From positions 848 through 64,847 of the forward strand of contig ONVK01000030.1 of assembly GCA_900321255.1 (NCBI GenBank): 64,000 bases of DNA. Direction: 5' to 3'. Of the stretch, positions 14,549 through 23,410 are shown one piece after another. Each line of letters starts with the position of its first letter. The first letter of the stretch is position 1. Below the pieces are notes generated by a model. The model searched no databases, was not told the origin of the DNA, and saw nothing but the letters and a program-made list of their open reading frames with translations. The stretch comes from an uncultured Lentisphaerota bacterium (GTDB lineage: Bacteria; Verrucomicrobiota; Kiritimatiellia; RFP12; UBA1067). The position numbers were made by a program, and so were the translations under genes.

Positions 14549-16084
14549 CTACCTGGAATCAGCCTTCTTCTCTATCCTGTCTAAATAAGCCGTCGCGAAC
14601 CTGCGTGCCCATATGATGCGCTCGTCAGCCGGGTCTCCGCCGGCGCGAAGGATCCTGTCGGCCGCTTCAACGGCCGCGGAGAATGCCTTGCGAGCCGCAG
14701 CAATGTCGCCGCGCCCGCGGTCGTAGAAAGTCCTGCCGCGGCACACAAGCAGCTCTGGATCGTCCGGGTTCCGCCCGAGGCCCTCGCTGACGACGCGAAG
14801 CGCAAGGGCCTTGTCCTTCATAGAGCTGTCGGCGATGAACCACGCGGTAGTCCAGGCGTCGATGTTGTGGGGGTCGGCCTTGACCGACGCCCAGAACCAC
14901 GGCATCATCTCGACAGATTCGGCCCCGGCGAGATGCCTGTGGATTTCCGGCGCACGGACATGTTCATTGATCCAAGCCCAGGGATCGTCGGAGAAACAGT
15001 GTTTCCCCTCGTGCTCCCCGTCGTGGTCGTCGAGATCGTCGTCATGCCCATGCTCGCATTCGTGACAGACGTGATGATCGCCTTCTCCGTGCTCGTCGTG
15101 ATTGTGCGAGCCGAGATGGTCACAGTCCACGTCGATTCCGCCGTGGTAATACGTGTCCGCCTTGTGAACAAGCGCGCGGCTGATCGTCCCGCGCGCGTCG
15201 CCGAACGCGACGGCAAGAGCGCCTTCGCCCTTCACTACCTGGGGCATCGCGTCGCCGCCGCGGAGTTGGCGCATCGCGGACGGAACGGCCAGCGCGGCGA
15301 AGGCCGCGGCGGCGAGAGCTGTTGCGCCAAGCCTCACAGGCGCCTCCTGCGGAGAACGAGCGCGGCGAGCATAGAGCAAGACGACCGAGAACACGATTCC
15401 GTCAACTGCGCCCCAGCCGTGGACGAGGCGCTGGCGCATGTCGAAGAACTCGGCGTGCGGAGCGACCGCGTAGACGGCTTTCACGACCCAGGCGAGCGCG
15501 GGATTGAGGCCTTCGGCGTATTCGGGGAGCTGCCGCCCGAAGAAGAACATGCCGACAAGAACTATTGCGGAAAGCGACAGATTCGCAGAGGCCGTCACGA
15601 GAAGCGAGCCGAGGAGCGACACGGCGACGGCAAGCGCGACGAATGCGAAATGAAGCACGATGGCCTGCGGCAGTTCCGCGGCAAATGCGCCGCCCCTGAG
15701 GAGCACGCTCGCGACGAAGAGGACATAGAAGAACGCAAGCGCCGACCACGCCGCTGCGACCGCGCCGATGTACTTGCCGACGAGAAGCCGTCCGCGCGAG
15801 ATCGGCTTTGCGAGAAGCGGGTAGATCGTGCGCGACTCGAATTCCGGCGGAAAGAGCCGCTGCCCCGCACCGAGCGCGATGAAGAGCGAGAAGCCCCAGA
15901 CGAGAAGGAGCGCCATCTCGTCGAGGTAGCGCGACGCGCCCGCGGCGCCAAAAGGCGTCGCCATCGAAAGCGGCACCATGAGCGCAAGGCCAAGCAGCAA
16001 GAGCGCGAATACATCATTGCGCCGCCACAGCTCGAGGAAAGAGAGCTTAACGAGAGAGCGCACCTGCCTGAGGAAAAGTTTCAT
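14549..16084 (-). CDS. ABC-2-type transporter permease fused to a His/Asp/Cys-rich segment and a TPR-like C-terminal domain
   Basis: The N-terminal ~240 aa has 6 TM helices (ABC-2 style) and there is an extra TM at ~aa 252-270. The segment DCDHLGSHNHDEHGEGDHHVCHECEHGHDDDLDDHDGEHEGKHC lies at aa ~313-362 (nt 14999..15148). The tail is helical and repeat-like. Confidence 0.65.
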   Translation of the reverse strand: MKLFLRQVRSLVKLSFLELWRRNDVFALLLLGLALMVPLSMATPFGAAGASRYLDEMALLLVWGFSLFIALGAGQRLFPPEFESRTIYPLLAKPISRGRLLVGKYIGAVAAAWSALAFFYVLFVASVLLRGGAFAAELPQAIVLHFAFVALAVAVSLLGSLLVTASANLSLSAIVLVGMFFFGRQLPEYAEGLNPALAWVVKAVYAVAPHAEFFDMRQRLVHGWGAVDGIVFSVVLLYARRARSPQEAPVRLGATALAAAAFAALAVPSAMRQLRGGDAMPQVVKGEGALAVAFGDARGTISRALVHKADTYYHGGIDVDCDHLGSHNHDEHGEGDHHVCHECEHGHDDDLDDHDGEHEGKHCFSDDPWAWINEHVRAPEIHRHLAGAESVEMMPWFWASVKADPHNIDAWTTAWFIADSSMKDKALALRVVSEGLGRNPDDPELLVCRGRTFYDRGRGDIAAARKAFSAAVEAADRILRAGGDPADERIIWARRFATAYLDRIEKKADSR

Positions 16085-16809
16085 TTCGCCTCCTCCAGGG
16101 TCTTGAGGAAAAGTCGCTCAAGATTGGCGGCTCCGTCTCCTGCGAGATCCCTCACCGGTCCCTGGTAGACGCAGTGGCCCTTCTTCATTATCGCGACGCG
16201 GTCGCAGAGAAGCTCGGTCTCGCCAAGTTCGTGCGAGGAGAAAAACACTGTTTTGCCGCGCCTCTTGAGATCCAGCAGGAGTTCCCGGAAATGGATGCGC
16301 GCGAGCGGGTCGAGCCCCGTGAACGGCTCGTCGAGGACAAGGAGATCTGGGTCGTTCAGGAGCGCCTGCGCGATTCCGGCGCGCTGGAGCATCCCCTTGG
16401 AATATGTCTTGAGCGGACGCTTCGCGGCATCGGCGAGCCCGACGGCATCGAGGAGCTCGTCCGTGCGCCTCCTCACCGTCTTCGCGTCGAGCCCGCATAT
16501 CCCGCCGTAGAACGAAAGCAGTTCGCGCGCGTCGAGATAAGGGTAGTACGTCGCGACCTCGGGCATATAGCCGATATGCGAGCGGACGCGTGGATCGGAA
16601 GGATCGCCGCCAAGCACCTTGACTGTGCCGGACGTGGGGGCGAGAAGCCCAAGCGTCATCTTTATGGTCGTCGTCTTCCCTGCGCCGTTGGTGCCGAGGA
16701 AACCGACGATCTCTCCAGGCGCAAGCGCGAGGGAGAGCCCGTCGACGGCCTTCACGGATCCGAAAGAGCGCGAGACGCTGTCGATGTCAACTGCGCTGCC
16801 AGATTTCAT
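16081..16809 (-). CDS. ABC transporter ATP-binding protein
   Basis: Walker A GTNGAGKTT, signature SKGMLQR, Walker B LLVLDEP. It has 4-nt overlaps on both sides. Confidence 0.9.
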   Translation of the reverse strand: MKSGSAVDIDSVSRSFGSVKAVDGLSLALAPGEIVGFLGTNGAGKTTTIKMTLGLLAPTSGTVKVLGGDPSDPRVRSHIGYMPEVATYYPYLDARELLSFYGGICGLDAKTVRRRTDELLDAVGLADAAKRPLKTYSKGMLQRAGIAQALLNDPDLLVLDEPFTGLDPLARIHFRELLLDLKRRGKTVFFSSHELGETELLCDRVAIMKKGHCVYQGPVRDLAGDGAANLERLFLKTLEEAK

Positions 16810-17474
16810 TTTTTGCCTTCTTTCGCAAATGCGAGGATATCCGCGGCGACAAGGGGATTCTGGAACGTGAACGCGAAGCGCGCGGTAAATGTGCCGCGGT
16901 CTGTCTCGAAGATGATTCCACCTGGCTCGACGGCGAAAGACCTGAACTCAGAAAACGGGATCGCAAAGTCAAGCTCCTTGCCCGCGAAGGCGATACCTCT
17001 GCTCGTGATGTAGCAGTGCGTGCGCTGGTCGACGTTGCACTTCCGCCTGAAATGCGGGAGCGCAACGTCGCTGGGGCGTCCCAGCCTGCTCGGCCCGGCG
17101 TAGCCGTCGTACGGCGGCTCGGAGAGGGAAGTGTAGAGCGTCCCCTTCTCGTGGAAGAATATAAGGTCTGTCTTTCCAATGGACGCGAGGCTCGCCGTCT
17201 TTCCCCTTCCCGCGGGATGCGGGCTAAGGCCGGAAGTCCCGCCTTCGGCAAGCCACTTCGCATGGCGCTCGCGGTTGCGGCGCACGCGGCTCCTGCGCCG
17301 CGTCCAGACTACGACCATCGGTATCACAAGCCAGAAAAACGCAAACGCCACCGCAATTAGGCCGAGCGCGTGCATGAACCACGGCTTGTCGAGATTGTCC
17401 AGGTCCTGGTAGATGAACCAGAACATCCCGCCGAGGAACACGAAGGCGATCAGCTTTCGCAAGGCATAAATCAT
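16806..17474 (-). CDS. hypothetical membrane protein (two N-terminal TM helices plus a soluble C-terminal domain)
   Basis: ORF with a plausible composition, translationally coupled to the ABC ATPase. No family was recognised. Confidence 0.5.
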   Translation of the reverse strand: MIYALRKLIAFVFLGGMFWFIYQDLDNLDKPWFMHALGLIAVAFAFFWLVIPMVVVWTRRRSRVRRNRERHAKWLAEGGTSGLSPHPAGRGKTASLASIGKTDLIFFHEKGTLYTSLSEPPYDGYAGPSRLGRPSDVALPHFRRKCNVDQRTHCYITSRGIAFAGKELDFAIPFSEFRSFAVEPGGIIFETDRGTFTARFAFTFQNPLVAADILAFAKEGKK

Positions 17475-17481
17475 GGCGGTA

Positions 17482-17489
17482 ATTATAGC
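17482..17489 (-). promoter_or_regulatory. -10 box GCTATAAT, 7 nt from ATG 17474 (leaderless arrangement)
   Basis: The minus strand reads GCTATAAT-TACCGCC-ATG. Confidence 0.4.
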
Positions 17490-17542
17490 ATAAATCGGCT
17501 ACTGAGAGAACTATGCGAATCCTATCTCCCGGAGCAGCCATC

Positions 17543-18232
17543 CTACCGGTACTTCACTATGCACCAAATTGCCTTCACGCCGTCTTTCCAACCGATTTTC
17601 TTGCCCTCGGCATAGGTGCGACCAGAGTATGATATGCCAACTTCATAGACACGCAGCCCGGCGCGCGCAACACGCGACGTGATCTCCGGCTCGAAACCGA
17701 ACCGATCCTGCTGCAAGTGCGGCAAGATTTCCATAAGCGCCTCGCGGCGAAAAGCCTTATAGCACGTCTCCATGTCGGTAAGATTCAGATTCGTGAACCA
17801 ATTGGAGAGCATAGTCAGGAACTTGTTTCCAACGGAATGCCAATAATAGAGGACTCGATGCGCCTCTCCTCCCATAAAGCGCGACCCGAAGACTACGTCG
17901 GCCTTTTTGTCTATTATCGGCTGTATAACTTTCATGATTTCGGTCGGGGCATATTCCAAGTCAGCATCCTGCACGATGACGACATCTCCTGTCGCGGCGG
18001 CGAATCCTGTGCGCAACGCAGCTCCTTTCCCTCGATTATTGTCATGCCGAAGTTTGACTACTTCATTCCCCTCGTCGCTTGATATTGCATCCATTATCTC
18101 AGTCGATCCATCAGAACTACAATCGTCCACTAAGACAATCTGCTTTTGCATCGGCAACGCCTTAAGTGCTGCGACGACTGCTCCAAGCGTGTTTTTTTCA
18201 TTGTAAATAGGAACGACAACCGACAGTTTCAT
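17543..18232 (-). CDS. family-2 glycosyltransferase (polyprenol-phosphate sugar synthase type)
   Basis: VVVPIYNE, VDDCSSDGS, VQDADLEY, consistent with the GT2/DPM1-like family. Confidence 0.85.
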   Translation of the reverse strand: MKLSVVVPIYNEKNTLGAVVAALKALPMQKQIVLVDDCSSDGSTEIMDAISSDEGNEVVKLRHDNNRGKGAALRTGFAAATGDVVIVQDADLEYAPTEIMKVIQPIIDKKADVVFGSRFMGGEAHRVLYYWHSVGNKFLTMLSNWFTNLNLTDMETCYKAFRREALMEILPHLQQDRFGFEPEITSRVARAGLRVYEVGISYSGRTYAEGKKIGWKDGVKAIWCIVKYR

Positions 18233-18921
18233 CGAACATCTCCTTTCTCCACGACAAGCAGTAGATTAGACGGCAAGCCCATGAACCTCATCTTTTTGAT
18301 TTTAAACACTCTCACACCCAGTTCCTCCAACATTCCACGGAGAGCGCCTTCATCTAATAAATTGAGATTGTCCTCTTTGGACAGCACTTTATACCCAAGA
18401 GCCCGGATTATCATTCGATGCCAAGCCACAGGCAACCAATGAAGGAATGGAAGTCCTGTATGCATTTCGACAGGGAACCAGCGGTTGGGCGTAGTGATGA
18501 AAACATGCCTTCTTGCCACTCGAAAACATTCACGCAGGAATGCCAGTTGACATTCCCTAGAGCCAACATGTTCAATCACGGCAGACGAAAAGACAAAATC
18601 AAACGACTTGTCGGCAAACGGCATTTTTCTTGCGTCGCCGCGAACAAACTTAATACCTGGCCACACCTCGCTCATCCAAGAAGCATCCTGATTCGAGAAG
18701 GCCGTGATTCGATCAGGATGAGGGAACATCATCTCGAAAAAATTTGAAAACCCACATTCGCGATCTGCCGTAACTCCGACATCAAGCACAGAATGCACTG
18801 CATCCAAGGGCAGCATGCAGCTCATTGCACGATAAATCTTACGCCTGGCAAAAAGCGTAAGCCGATCACGCCATGAATTCGGCTTGGCGACGCAATATGT
18901 CTCAGAGCAGGCCAAGTGCAA
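18229..18921 (-). CDS. class I SAM-dependent methyltransferase
   Basis: VLDVGV...FDFVFSSAVIEHV (Methyltransf_11-like). TTG start preceded by GGGGGTGA. Confidence 0.75.
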   Translation of the reverse strand: MHLACSETYCVAKPNSWRDRLTLFARRKIYRAMSCMLPLDAVHSVLDVGVTADRECGFSNFFEMMFPHPDRITAFSNQDASWMSEVWPGIKFVRGDARKMPFADKSFDFVFSSAVIEHVGSRECQLAFLRECFRVARRHVFITTPNRWFPVEMHTGLPFLHWLPVAWHRMIIRALGYKVLSKEDNLNLLDEGALRGMLEELGVRVFKIKKMRFMGLPSNLLLVVEKGDVR

Positions 18922-18930
18922 TCACCCCCA

Positions 18931-20736
18931 TTAAGAGTCTTCGTGCCCCGCCAAATTCGACGAATCATCCTTCGACGAATCAGTCAGAGACAACTCATAA
19001 TTGATAATGGTAATTTCCTCGCGCTCCCCCATGAAGACGCCAAGAAGCACAAAATCATCAAAAAACCTGCGGACAACGTTAGGATGTATAGCCTTGATGG
19101 TTTTCCTTGAATATATTTTGCAGGACATTCCGTTGCGCCTTAGGATATTTTTAACAATGTCAGGATCACGGAAGAAAGCGTCACCATATTTGCCCATCTG
19201 AAGAAAAACACGTTTACCTGTCCGCAACAACTGCGAAATGAATTCAGGGTCTTCAAAAAACGTCTTCTTAAATGGCAGCTTGCATATTCCTTTGTCCACC
19301 AGTTCGCCAATAATCCTCTGCTCTCCGGACGACGGAGGATCGCAGACCCCACCTATTGGGAAAGGCGCCACCATGTGCGATGCGTAATCAAACTGACGTG
19401 TAAATGGGACAAGCGCAACATTGTCCGAAGCAAGGGCGAAATAATCAAGAATCAGCGGGTCTCCGTCCTGCACAATTACAGATTCCCGAGGCAATGCTGA
19501 AGCCGTGTTTATCGCAGAACACAGCCAGAACTTACGCCCCTTGACGACATACCAATATTGGGCATTTGAGACAAGAAACGCCATCAAGACGCCGAGAATC
19601 GCCAATAGCAGTCCCAACTGCGCGTACCGACGCAACGCGAACTCGGAAAACATCCTGATTGCATAAAACGCAAAAGGCAGAAAACATATTGCCACTGGCA
19701 GGAAGAATCTTGTGTCGGCCCAATAGTACCCGCCATAAAGGGCCACCAATATTATAGTTTGTAAAATAAGATACGAAGCTGCAGCCAAGAACCATCTATT
19801 TTTCTGTACACCGCCAAATCTTCCGCCTGCAATTAGAAGAAAAAACATCACAGTCAGCACGCAATCGGCAATTGTAATCATACCTATTGCGGTATGCGTC
19901 ATAACATAGACAACGTTCTCAATGTTTGCAAGACTAAACATCAGCTGAGGAAAGTCACATGGCACCGAAGCCCAATATTTATAGCCACTTCTAAAAAAGC
20001 TGCCAAAAACCACACGATTGTAAATAAGGTTTATAAGCACATATGCAACAACCGGGGCTGCGATTAGCAGGCATCGCCATAGGAAAGACCTCCAACTCTC
20101 CCTGCGCAAAAGGAGAACAACTACAAACGCCAGTATCATTGGCAATCCAGTCATGCGCACCATTCCAAGCCAAGCGACAAGCAAGCCGGCACAAAAGCAA
20201 AACCTCGGCGAATGGCTGCGGGCAGCGGCGAACCTAGCGAAAAGCAACGTGTTGACCGCAAGCAAAGCCGTATAGGGGATCTCGGTCATAACGACACGGC
20301 TATAAAAGACAAAATCAGGCAGAAACATCAACAGCAGCGGCGGCACTGGCGCCGCCCATCCAAGGCCTACCCTCCTCCCAAACTCAAATATCAGCGCAAG
20401 GAGAACGAGCGAAAAAGCCAATATTGCCCAATGGAAGCAAAGAGGATTGCCGCCACTCAGCAAATATGCGGGCGTAAGACATGTCAACGAGAACCAAGGC
20501 GAATATCGTGATGGATACCATTCTCCGTTGAGAGTAAAACCGAACTTGCCATGTTCAAAAAGGTTTACAAGGCAAATAGAGTACTCAGACGAATCCGGCG
20601 GGATTGTCAACGCCGCGCCCAACTCGGAAGGAAGATACAATAAAAAAGCGGCAAAAAACAAACACGCGACCAATATCAGATGCGAGAATTTTAAGCGCCC
20701 CGCCCTCCAATTCTGAATATACCCCACATTCGCCAT
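18931..20736 (-). CDS. large polytopic membrane protein, GT-C fold glycosyltransferase-like (ArnT/PMT family-like)
   Basis: About 400 aa of TM helices with an acidic first periplasmic loop (PPDSSEYS), then a ~200-aa soluble C-terminal domain. Architecture-level call only. Confidence 0.55.
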   Translation of the reverse strand: MANVGYIQNWRAGRLKFSHLILVACLFFAAFLLYLPSELGAALTIPPDSSEYSICLVNLFEHGKFGFTLNGEWYPSRYSPWFSLTCLTPAYLLSGGNPLCFHWAILAFSLVLLALIFEFGRRVGLGWAAPVPPLLLMFLPDFVFYSRVVMTEIPYTALLAVNTLLFARFAAARSHSPRFCFCAGLLVAWLGMVRMTGLPMILAFVVVLLLRRESWRSFLWRCLLIAAPVVAYVLINLIYNRVVFGSFFRSGYKYWASVPCDFPQLMFSLANIENVVYVMTHTAIGMITIADCVLTVMFFLLIAGGRFGGVQKNRWFLAAASYLILQTIILVALYGGYYWADTRFFLPVAICFLPFAFYAIRMFSEFALRRYAQLGLLLAILGVLMAFLVSNAQYWYVVKGRKFWLCSAINTASALPRESVIVQDGDPLILDYFALASDNVALVPFTRQFDYASHMVAPFPIGGVCDPPSSGEQRIIGELVDKGICKLPFKKTFFEDPEFISQLLRTGKRVFLQMGKYGDAFFRDPDIVKNILRRNGMSCKIYSRKTIKAIHPNVVRRFFDDFVLLGVFMGEREEITIINYELSLTDSSKDDSSNLAGHEDS

Positions 20737-20754
20737 AAGACCAATGCCAAAAAT

Positions 20755-22770
20755 CTATTGATAAAACCAGTAACCGCCGACAATATGATCGCCGAGAAAT
20801 CCAATGCGGCTAACCGGGTTCTTAATCGCCATGCCAGGTATCTTGAACGAAACGTCACTAAAGCCGTTCGCCGCATAAGAGACCTCTACCGTAGTTGCGA
20901 CATCCCCATCTACAGAGACATTAAGCTTGAGGGGATTGGCAAATGCGCAGTCAATCACATTGCTTGCCACGGCAGTCGACCGCACAACCGAATGGCTTGG
21001 CCAGAATCTCGCGACGACAACCGCGTCACATCCGGGTTTCAGCGGCACGGACATTTCATCACCACCGAGAACAACACGGCCGACATCAACAATCTTCCTC
21101 TCTCCCAATCTGCCAAACTGCACAAACGGATCAAACACAGGATACCCCCATCTCGTGATCACGCTGTATTTCGCAGAAGACTCATCCGCCTCATACCCTA
21201 CATCTACCTTGGCAACCAGGCTCAGCCCGGCGATTGCAGTCTTCGGCAAAACAGAATCGAACGCCCCCCAGTCGGCTTTCATCAAAGTCATTCCACCTGG
21301 GCCAGCGAGCACAACATCTCCCAGCATGGCGACGCCATCTCGCCCCAGAAGCGAAACGAGATCGGAACATGCAAGCCAATAGTCAAACCTCAAATCCGGC
21401 CTGTTGCGCAGTCTTTCAATATTCTCCGGGACATCCTGAGGCGCAAATTCAGGAGAGTAAACACCTGTGAGATGTGCGAATCTCCGAGGCGAAAGGAAAT
21501 ACGCCGGCGCACAGGGGAAGCCCCCGACAGACGCGCCCTTCGGCATGATGCGTTCGCAATCTCTCGCAAACATACGGCCACTGTCAACATACGAGCACGC
21601 CTGATGAAAGCTGCAATGGCAGTAGATGCTCCCCATCAGGCAAAAAGCAAGAACAAGCACTGACGGCAGCCTGCGAACAGGGCGGGGCAGCCTGTCTTCC
21701 ATCAACACAAGACCGTGCGCAGAAAAAATTGCAAAAACCGGGAATGTCCACACGATGTATCGCTCCATGTTCATTCCCTGCATGCCGCTCTGGGCGATGT
21801 TGGCCAATCCTCCTGCTGCCGCGAGTACAAACACCAAAAGTCCGTACAGATTGTCTCGCGACCAGCGGTAGCCGACAATCCCGACCACAAGCAGCACTCC
21901 TCCGAAAAGAGGCACCGCAAACAAATCTCGCGGCATCCCCGGCGACATGCCGAGAAGCAGGCATTTCACCATGGAGAACAAATCAGAAATCGATGCCATA
22001 ACCGCCGCGGAGAAAGGCAAGACGGTAAAATGGCCTTTCCCCGCTATACTGGAGAACTGTGCCCTGCCCGTCAGCATGTAATTCAAGGCAAACACACCAC
22101 AGACGGAAAGCACGCCGATGACCGCGGCCAAAAGCTTCGAACGCATTTCCGCGTTCGTACGACACAGGGAAAAAAGCATTGTAACCACGGCGAACGAAAT
22201 TACGAATATCATTCCTTCGGGACGTACCCATGATGCAAACGCAAGGAGAACTCCTATCTGCCAAATGCGCTGTCGCGAGAGCACATATGCAAACAAACCG
22301 CTGAAAGCCAGCCAGAAACCGACATCTGTCTGAGAGAAAGTCGCAAACGCACAATGCCCGGACAGCGCAATCATCAACGACGACAGGATCTTGGCATCAC
22401 CCCGGTCGCACCAGACATCAACCGCCTTGATCCAGGAAAACAAAAACACACAGTAGAACAACGCATTCAAAAGGAACCCGACGACAATCATTGCATCGCC
22501 GGAAAACCCTAAAGCATATGGAATCGCAAGGACGAATGGATATAGAACTGTAGTAGTGCCAGTGCAAACCGACGAACCTTCAGAGAAGGAAAAGGGATGT
22601 CCCTCGACTATGCGTCGTGCAGCCTGATAGTAGAGCGGTGTGTCGGGCTGCGGTATTGCCAGCACACACTCGTCATTGGCCATCGACCCTGCGAACCAGT
22701 ATGCCGCAACTTGAAGCAGACAAATAACAAGTCCCAACCTGCAAGCGCTAAATCGCGAAAATTTTTGCAT
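20755..22770 (-). CDS. large polytopic membrane protein with a ~250-aa C-terminal extracytoplasmic domain (possible GT-C/TfpW-like enzyme)
   Basis: Start set at ATG 22770 (MQKFSRF...); the ORF-track start 22782 is a TTG inside the pilin terminator. More than 10 TM helices. No family was recognised with certainty. Confidence 0.5.
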   Translation of the reverse strand: MQKFSRFSACRLGLVICLLQVAAYWFAGSMANDECVLAIPQPDTPLYYQAARRIVEGHPFSFSEGSSVCTGTTTVLYPFVLAIPYALGFSGDAMIVVGFLLNALFYCVFLFSWIKAVDVWCDRGDAKILSSLMIALSGHCAFATFSQTDVGFWLAFSGLFAYVLSRQRIWQIGVLLAFASWVRPEGMIFVISFAVVTMLFSLCRTNAEMRSKLLAAVIGVLSVCGVFALNYMLTGRAQFSSIAGKGHFTVLPFSAAVMASISDLFSMVKCLLLGMSPGMPRDLFAVPLFGGVLLVVGIVGYRWSRDNLYGLLVFVLAAAGGLANIAQSGMQGMNMERYIVWTFPVFAIFSAHGLVLMEDRLPRPVRRLPSVLVLAFCLMGSIYCHCSFHQACSYVDSGRMFARDCERIMPKGASVGGFPCAPAYFLSPRRFAHLTGVYSPEFAPQDVPENIERLRNRPDLRFDYWLACSDLVSLLGRDGVAMLGDVVLAGPGGMTLMKADWGAFDSVLPKTAIAGLSLVAKVDVGYEADESSAKYSVITRWGYPVFDPFVQFGRLGERKIVDVGRVVLGGDEMSVPLKPGCDAVVVARFWPSHSVVRSTAVASNVIDCAFANPLKLNVSVDGDVATTVEVSYAANGFSDVSFKIPGMAIKNPVSRIGFLGDHIVGGYWFYQ

Positions 22771-22774
22771 ACAT

Positions 22775-22813
22775 AAAAACAAAAGGCGGAGAGGGTCTAC
22801 CTCTACCGCCTTT
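22775..22813 (-). terminator. Rho-independent terminator after the pilin gene
   Basis: The minus strand reads AAAGGCGGTAGAGG-TAGAC-CCTCTCCGCCTTT, followed by TGTTTTT. Confidence 0.7.
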
Positions 22814-22840
22814 CGTTATCCATTTACGAATCAATGCACA

Positions 22841-23215
22841 TCAATTACCAGTCGCAACACTTTCAGGAAGGACATGCAGATCTGGTTCACCGGCGTTAGC
22901 GCAGGTCACACCAATCGCATCGTTTGCAAGGGAGATGGTGTACGCAGCAGAACTCTTGGGACAAACTGGCGTTTTCTTGATGTACAGGGTTGAACCGCAC
23001 AGATCCGCCGTCGTGGGAGCGGTTGTGCCCGGATGGCTCATCAGCCACTGTTCACCAGCGGTCTGGAGCTGCTTCATATTGCTGATGCAAGAAGCGCGCT
23101 GGGACTCGTTGCGATACTTCACGAAGTTCGGGATCGCAACAGCGGCCAAAATGGCGATGATGGCGACCACGATCATGATTTCTATGAGGGTAAAACCCTT
23201 CAGCATTCTTTTCAT
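22841..23215 (-). CDS. type IV pilin / pseudopilin with prepilin N-terminal cleavage-methylation motif
   Basis: Start set at ATG 23215: MKRMLKG/FTLIEIMIVVAIIAILAAVAIPNF. Four Cys residues in the C-terminal half. Confidence 0.88.
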   Translation of the reverse strand: MKRMLKGFTLIEIMIVVAIIAILAAVAIPNFVKYRNESQRASCISNMKQLQTAGEQWLMSHPGTTAPTTADLCGSTLYIKKTPVCPKSSAAYTISLANDAIGVTCANAGEPDLHVLPESVATGN

Positions 23216-23278
23216 GGTTGTGTTCCTTTTTTTGTTTTGTTTATTTGCGCCGACACCATGCCGACGCAAAAAATTGTA

Positions 23279-23294
23279 TGCAAATCTCATGCCA
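23279..23294 (-). promoter_or_regulatory. sigma-54 (-24/-12) promoter for the pilin gene
   Basis: The minus strand reads TGGCAT-GAGAT-TTGCA, 63 nt upstream of ATG 23215. Confidence 0.7.
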
Positions 23295-23410
23295 ATGTCC
23301 GTTATATACATATAATATCGCATCCCCAAGAAATAATCAGCAGTTATCGATTACAGGCCCTTCATAAACTTTTTTGCACAAATAAGAAAATTTCGCATCA
23401 TTGCAAAATA

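Noticed and set aside
14867-16168. 433-aa plus-strand ORF, plus the similar 61277..62683 plus-strand ORF
   Set aside because: Both are antisense shadows of well-supported minus-strand genes (the ABC-2 permease fusion and the beta-helix hydrolase). Both have Arg/Glu-rich, low-complexity translations.
17543-23400. Mobile genetic element or genomic island with mobility genes
   Set aside because: The composition is visibly different, but no integrase, transposase, tRNA attachment site or flanking direct repeat was found in the window. It is therefore reported only as a compositional island.
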